Source: a bacterium
GTDB lineage: Bacteria > Muiribacteriota > UBA6191
Reading direction: 5' to 3'
NCBI GenBank assembly: GCA_036339875.1
Contig: JAYZAC010000168.1
Span: forward strand, 1 to 12,602
DNA length: 12,602 nucleotides
The position numbers were made by a program, and so were the translations under genes. Positions 8,425 to 12,602 of this stretch are shown piece by piece; position 1 is the stretch's first letter; every line of letters starts with the position of its first letter. The notes under the pieces are model-generated. The model was given only the letters and a program-made list of their open reading frames with translations, was not told where the DNA came from and did no database searches.

Positions 8425-9372
8425 TCAGTTCCTCATTTCAAAGTGAATTTTCTGATTTTGATTATTGCGAATGATTTCCACATCCACACTTGTTTCGGAC
8501 TGTAGCTTATTAAATAACTCGTACCCTTTTTGCATGGAGTCCACCACAGTTCCATTGATTGCCCGAATAGTATCGCCCGCCCTCAAGCCTAGTGCTTCAA
8601 TGAAGGAGCCTTTATTCACGTGTAATATCTTAAATCCTTGTGATCTATTATTGCGGGCAAACACGGGCTGAACTCTAACCTGAGATAACAACCCAGAAAG
8701 GTTCTTTACTTGTTTTCGAACCTCCTTCTGAGTAACGTAAATATTGTTGCCTGCCGGTGTTATTTCAAATTTTTGTTTTGATGAATTTGCATTGGAAAAA
8801 GCCTTCTCAGAAGACGGTTCAAAATTCGTTCCTGAACTTAAAAGTTTCTCCAAAGCAGAATTATATCCAGCCTCCTGAATCACCTCAGAACGACCTTTAT
8901 TATCAACAACAACCTTACGTAACTGAATTTCTACAAGTTTTACACCCGGTAAAATTATGTCTCCAACCTGATATACTTCCGTTTCTCGTTTATTCTTAGT
9001 TATGAAAGCCACCGAATTTTCTTCATCCAGAATGGTTCCTAGTAACTGTAATTGAAGTTTCGTTTTAACGAGCTTATTGACATTCGATTTTTTTGCCTTT
9101 GGAATAACCTTTTTAATAGGCTTCGATTTTTTTGGAGCTACCTTCGGTTTGTCGGGTGGTTTGACCCCAAAAGGGTCCCAATCAATAATGCTGGATTCAC
9201 TCACGTCGGGCTTCTGACTAGTCTGTACAACCAGTGGATCATCTACCGTCTTTTTATCTTCCATAAAGTAAACATCACGCCAAAAAAGAATAGCGTGAAT
9301 TAGAAAAAACACGGAAAGTGCCACGGTCAGCACATCCAAAAGAAGGCTCTGTTTATATCGCATGATTGACAA
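8425..9372 (-). CDS. gspC: T2SS protein GspC (TM + HR domain + PDZ domain)
   Basis: N-terminal TM helix, Lys/Pro-rich linker, HR domain (TKLQLQLLGTI...VAFI...YQVGDII.PGVKLVEI...VVVDNKGRSEVI) and C-terminal PDZ (GFKI...GSFIEALGLRAGDTIRAING...V.IIRN). Directly upstream of gspD. Start is either TTG 9372 or ATG 9363. Confidence 0.92.
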   Translation of the reverse strand: MSIMRYKQSLLLDVLTVALSVFFLIHAILFWRDVYFMEDKKTVDDPLVVQTSQKPDVSESSIIDWDPFGVKPPDKPKVAPKKSKPIKKVIPKAKKSNVNKLVKTKLQLQLLGTILDEENSVAFITKNKRETEVYQVGDIILPGVKLVEIQLRKVVVDNKGRSEVIQEAGYNSALEKLLSSGTNFEPSSEKAFSNANSSKQKFEITPAGNNIYVTQKEVRKQVKNLSGLLSQVRVQPVFARNNRSQGFKILHVNKGSFIEALGLRAGDTIRAINGTVVDSMQKGYELFNKLQSETSVDVEIIRNNQNQKIHFEMRN

Positions 9373-9394
9373 AGTTATCGGGAATCAGACAGTT

Positions 9395-9406
9395 TTTGTT
9401 AACAAA
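9395..9406. promoter_or_regulatory. 12-bp perfect palindrome TTTGTTAACAAA upstream of gspC, possible operator
   Basis: Seen directly in the 120-bp intergenic region. Function is inferred only from position. Confidence 0.3.
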
Positions 9407-9492
9407 TCTTTGGACTCCAGCAAATCAAGCAAGGATTAGATAACCAATAAGATTTTTTGACTGATTATCTTAAAATAAACATTAGATAAACT

Positions 9493-12033
9493 TTAATAGT
9501 TTACAAAAATTTGTACAAAACTATCCATCAAAGAAATTTTACGATTTAGTTGATTCATATAACCTTGAGCTTCCGAGTCACTCAAGCTTGATTTACGCAA
9601 GCTTTCCTTGATTGCCAGACCCTCTGAGGTGAGTTTGGAAACTCCCTCTCTTAGATTAACTGTCAACTCCTCAACTCGTTCATTGGACCAAGGTGCTACT
9701 GAAAAAATCTGACTCTTTTCTCTTAAAAAGTCTGCTCTTCCTAGACTCATAAATGCATCACAACCTCGTAAGTAACGATTAACTTTAGACTTTAACTGAC
9801 TATTACTATCTGAGGATTTATCCGAAAAGAATTCAAACAAACCTTCTTCAGTACGACGAATTCCAGACTTTTCCAGTATTTCCATATAAGTCTGCTCTAG
9901 CCCACCTTTCTTTAAGTTTTGGCTGATTTCCAATTGTGGTCCATAATCAGTACCGCTTGGCAATACTCTAACAAGAAATCGACGAATATGATCCTGATTT
10001 CCAAAAGGACTACTCAACAACTCATAAAGCGATTTTTGAGAAATACCAGTTACTGTTATATGTAGCGGACTGAGCGGGGTAAACATTGCCTCGAGGAAAT
10101 CGCCATGAACGTATATCTTGTAAGAATTTTCTCCAAGTAAACCCAAAAAAACCTTCATTTCCTCTAGAGCCTTTTCTACTTGCAGTAAATGAGCAATGAC
10201 ATCTTGATCTTCGAAAGGCTTATCAAGATAGTAATTGAGTGGATTCAATGTGTTTAAGTGAATATTCGCCGGCACCAAATTAGGACTTCGCATGTATGTT
10301 TCTCTAGACTCCTCATCTGGTAGATAACGATCGAGGAAGGAATCTAGAGCATATCTGAATAATATTGAACGTTCGTTGCTAATCCCATGTCTTAGATTAT
10401 AGTGCTCCACTTTCTCTTTCAAAGACGCAAAGCCAAATTCGGATTCATCAGCATCAAGTAGAATATCCTTTATTCGAAAATAACTAAAAATTGGATCAAC
10501 AAGTTTGCCAAGAATTTCTCGATTGATCAAAACTTTTTTCAACTCCTGAACTTGGCTTTCATTACTTGTTACCAATAATAAACCATGTTTCAGATCTTGA
10601 CCTTGACATACTTTCAAAAAATGGAAGGCATCTGGATTAATCAAATCACCCTTGTGACTCGAAAAATTAAATGGTAAATAAGATTGTTCTAAGGAAAGGT
10701 TTTTCCTAAAAAAAGAACTATTTGATAACGACGTATTTTCTAATACTTGAGATTTCAAGGATACCTTACCTGGTGATACTACATTACCAAGCTCCATATT
10801 TTCATTTCTTGAAAATGCTGAGTTTGAATATAAAAAATCTGAAAATCCGATACTTTCAAGCACTCTTATCAAACTATCTATTGAATCACCATCTACGTCA
10901 TCCACAAAAAGAATACGTTCGACACCAACTTCGGTCCTCACTGGCAGCAGAGCAGAGAAATATGGAGAATTAATATCAGGTGTATTGTTCAACAATAATT
11001 TACTTAATACCTTTTTCTTAATAACTAAATTTTTACTAACTGTAAGCTCGTTACCTACTAATAGAAGCTGACTTAAGCGGTGCTTTTTATTCTGCTTCAA
11101 AACTAGCACTAACTGTTTTTGAAACTTTTGGAAAAGGATCATATTCTGATGATCTAAAAACTGACCCGCCCAAACCTCTAATGGCTTAAAAATTTCAATA
11201 TCCCACTCAGTTAGACCTAAAAAATCTTCTTCGATTAAATCTCTTTTCAAGGGTAGCAAAAACTTGTCACCGTACAATCCCTTCAAAAGATCAATAGTCT
11301 GAACGGCGAACTTGCGATTTATAGCTTCTTGAAGCAGAAATTTTCCCGCACCTAAAAGAGCACTTTTTACACCCACAGGTAAATTGATAAAGCTCTCCTT
11401 AAATAGAGCAGATCGATAAGCTTCCTCATCCACCAAATGAAAATTATAAGTCAGAATGTCAGCCGCTGAATAAGCTTTACCTGCATTTCTAAAGTGAACA
11501 AATGCAAGCTGAGCATTAAAAACCTGTAACTTCGACCGTAAACCTGTAACAACAATAAGGCCCGGCTTGATACCTTCTGCCGGTCTTAAAACAAACTCAA
11601 CACCAGAGTTATGGATAGGAAAAATATGAAAGGCCTTATTACTTTTGTTTTTTGCTAGGAAAAATAAAGTTTCTGCGGTTGATCCATAATGAATTTGCAA
11701 CTTGTATTTTTTTTCTAAACAGAACTCAATTAAACCTCTGGGAGAGTTTTTACGTACCCAATTTGATGCAAAGTTGGACAGTTTTTCATTACCAACCGAT
11801 ACGGGAACCCTTTTAGGTAATTCTCGCATTAATGCATACTCTAGAGCCGATCGCTTTATATCCATCTGGTTTAAGTCCATGAATCTAGCATCGAAAAAAT
11901 TATCTGCTTGAACAATTTCCTTTAATTTTTCCAGTTCGTTATCTACGGCTACAACCGATGAACTAAATAGAGCAATAATTATTATGGTTCGATGAAACAA
12001 CCTTGAAACTGATAGATAAGAAAATAAAAACAT
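9493..12033 (-). CDS. Exported hypothetical protein, 846 aa, with possible degenerate nucleoside-phosphorylase-like and nucleotidyltransferase-like domains
   Basis: Long ORF with SD-like AAGGAAGG 5 nt upstream and a Sec-type signal (R..HR, TIIIIALFSSSVVA/VDNE). Domain resemblance is by eye only. Confidence 0.8.
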   Translation of the reverse strand: MFLFSYLSVSRLFHRTIIIIALFSSSVVAVDNELEKLKEIVQADNFFDARFMDLNQMDIKRSALEYALMRELPKRVPVSVGNEKLSNFASNWVRKNSPRGLIEFCLEKKYKLQIHYGSTAETLFFLAKNKSNKAFHIFPIHNSGVEFVLRPAEGIKPGLIVVTGLRSKLQVFNAQLAFVHFRNAGKAYSAADILTYNFHLVDEEAYRSALFKESFINLPVGVKSALLGAGKFLLQEAINRKFAVQTIDLLKGLYGDKFLLPLKRDLIEEDFLGLTEWDIEIFKPLEVWAGQFLDHQNMILFQKFQKQLVLVLKQNKKHRLSQLLLVGNELTVSKNLVIKKKVLSKLLLNNTPDINSPYFSALLPVRTEVGVERILFVDDVDGDSIDSLIRVLESIGFSDFLYSNSAFSRNENMELGNVVSPGKVSLKSQVLENTSLSNSSFFRKNLSLEQSYLPFNFSSHKGDLINPDAFHFLKVCQGQDLKHGLLLVTSNESQVQELKKVLINREILGKLVDPIFSYFRIKDILLDADESEFGFASLKEKVEHYNLRHGISNERSILFRYALDSFLDRYLPDEESRETYMRSPNLVPANIHLNTLNPLNYYLDKPFEDQDVIAHLLQVEKALEEMKVFLGLLGENSYKIYVHGDFLEAMFTPLSPLHITVTGISQKSLYELLSSPFGNQDHIRRFLVRVLPSGTDYGPQLEISQNLKKGGLEQTYMEILEKSGIRRTEEGLFEFFSDKSSDSNSQLKSKVNRYLRGCDAFMSLGRADFLREKSQIFSVAPWSNERVEELTVNLREGVSKLTSEGLAIKESLRKSSLSDSEAQGYMNQLNRKISLMDSFVQIFVNY

Positions 12034-12093
12034 TTAAACCTTCCTTCGGAAGTGCATTATAACGGATGAGAAGACAAGGACAAACCTTCAAAT

Positions 12094-12602
12094 ATGCTAA
12101 AATCAGAAACCAGTAACAGCCAAGTGCGAATCAAGCAAAATATGCTGGAACTAGATCACCGAATTTTGGTTATCGACGACGAAGAATTATTTAGGGAGCT
12201 GGTAGAAAATACTTTAGCTTCCTTCGGATATCCAATCGACTGTGTAGAAGATTACCACTCAGCAATTGAAAAATTACAAAATCACGAGTATTCCCTAGTT
12301 GTTTTAGACTATATGTTTTTATCAAATAAGACGGGCTTTGATGTAATTAAGGATTTTGCAGCTCAACTCGAAAACACACAGATTATTATAGTTACCGGCA
12401 ATCCTAGCATGGAGTTGGCAATCGAAGCACTTGAACATGGTGTTTACGACTTTTTAACTAAACCAGCTGATCTAAATAGATTAAAGCTCGCCTGTCGCCG
12501 CGCATTAGACTACTGTGGGATGCAACGTCAGCAGAAACAAATGACCATAGATCTTATAGAGAAAAATCAAGAACTTAAAATTGCCAATAGCCAATTATTG
12601 AG
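12094..12602 (+). CDS. Response-regulator receiver (REC) domain protein followed by a coiled coil, truncated by window edge
   Basis: Not in the ORF track; translated by hand. Contains RILVIDDEE, phosphoacceptor LVVLDY, TGFDVI, IIIVTG, ALEHGVYDFLTKP, then RRALDY...DLIEKNQELKIANSQLL. Start is ATG 12094 or ATG 12142. The output domain lies outside the window. Confidence 0.92.
   Translation, partial: MLKSETSNSQVRIKQNMLELDHRILVIDDEELFRELVENTLASFGYPIDCVEDYHSAIEKLQNHEYSLVVLDYMFLSNKTGFDVIKDFAAQLENTQIIIVTGNPSMELAIEALEHGVYDFLTKPADLNRLKLACRRALDYCGMQRQQKQMTIDLIEKNQELKIANSQLL

Noticed and set aside
1..9372. Type IV pilus or MSHA operon rather than T2SS
   Set aside because: A PDZ-containing GspC, a GspD-type N0 plus N-repeat secretin, GspJ/GspK-type pseudopilins and the C-D-E-F order all point to T2SS.
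9428..9447. Sigma-54 promoter (TGG...TTGC) on the minus strand upstream of gspC
   Set aside because: The GG-to-GC spacing is 13 nt rather than the required 10.
9373..9492. Intrinsic terminator after the 846-aa gene
   Set aside because: No GC-rich stem followed by a U-tract is seen on the minus strand.
991..11911. Short plus-strand ORFs of 60-85 aa in the ORF track
   Set aside because: All are antisense to well-supported minus-strand genes and show no recognisable motifs. The repetitive ones at 5484-5886 simply mirror the tandem repeat.
12066..12116. 16-aa ORF MRRQGQTFKYAKIRNQ as a leader peptide
   Set aside because: No SD, no attenuator structure and no telling codon run; expected by chance.

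Overview
This AT-rich bacterial window holds the 5' part of a minus-strand type II secretion (T2SS) operon: gspC-gspD-gspE-gspF-gspI-gspJ-gspK, with gspK running off the left edge. An 846-aa signal-peptide protein lies upstream on the same strand, and a receiver-domain gene runs divergently off the right edge. Four features stand out. (1) The secretin is 1295 aa, with four KH-like N repeats instead of three and a ~630-aa Lys/Ser-rich C-terminal tail containing a 66-bp tandem repeat and three repeated terminal helix motifs. (2) gspG and gspH are absent between gspF and gspI, and gspI has no canonical start near its pilin motif. (3) GspE has a variant MshEN-like N-terminus. (4) The 846-aa protein appears by eye to combine a degenerate nucleoside-phosphorylase-like domain and a degenerate nucleotidyltransferase-like domain. 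All family calls come from motif recognition; no searches were run.
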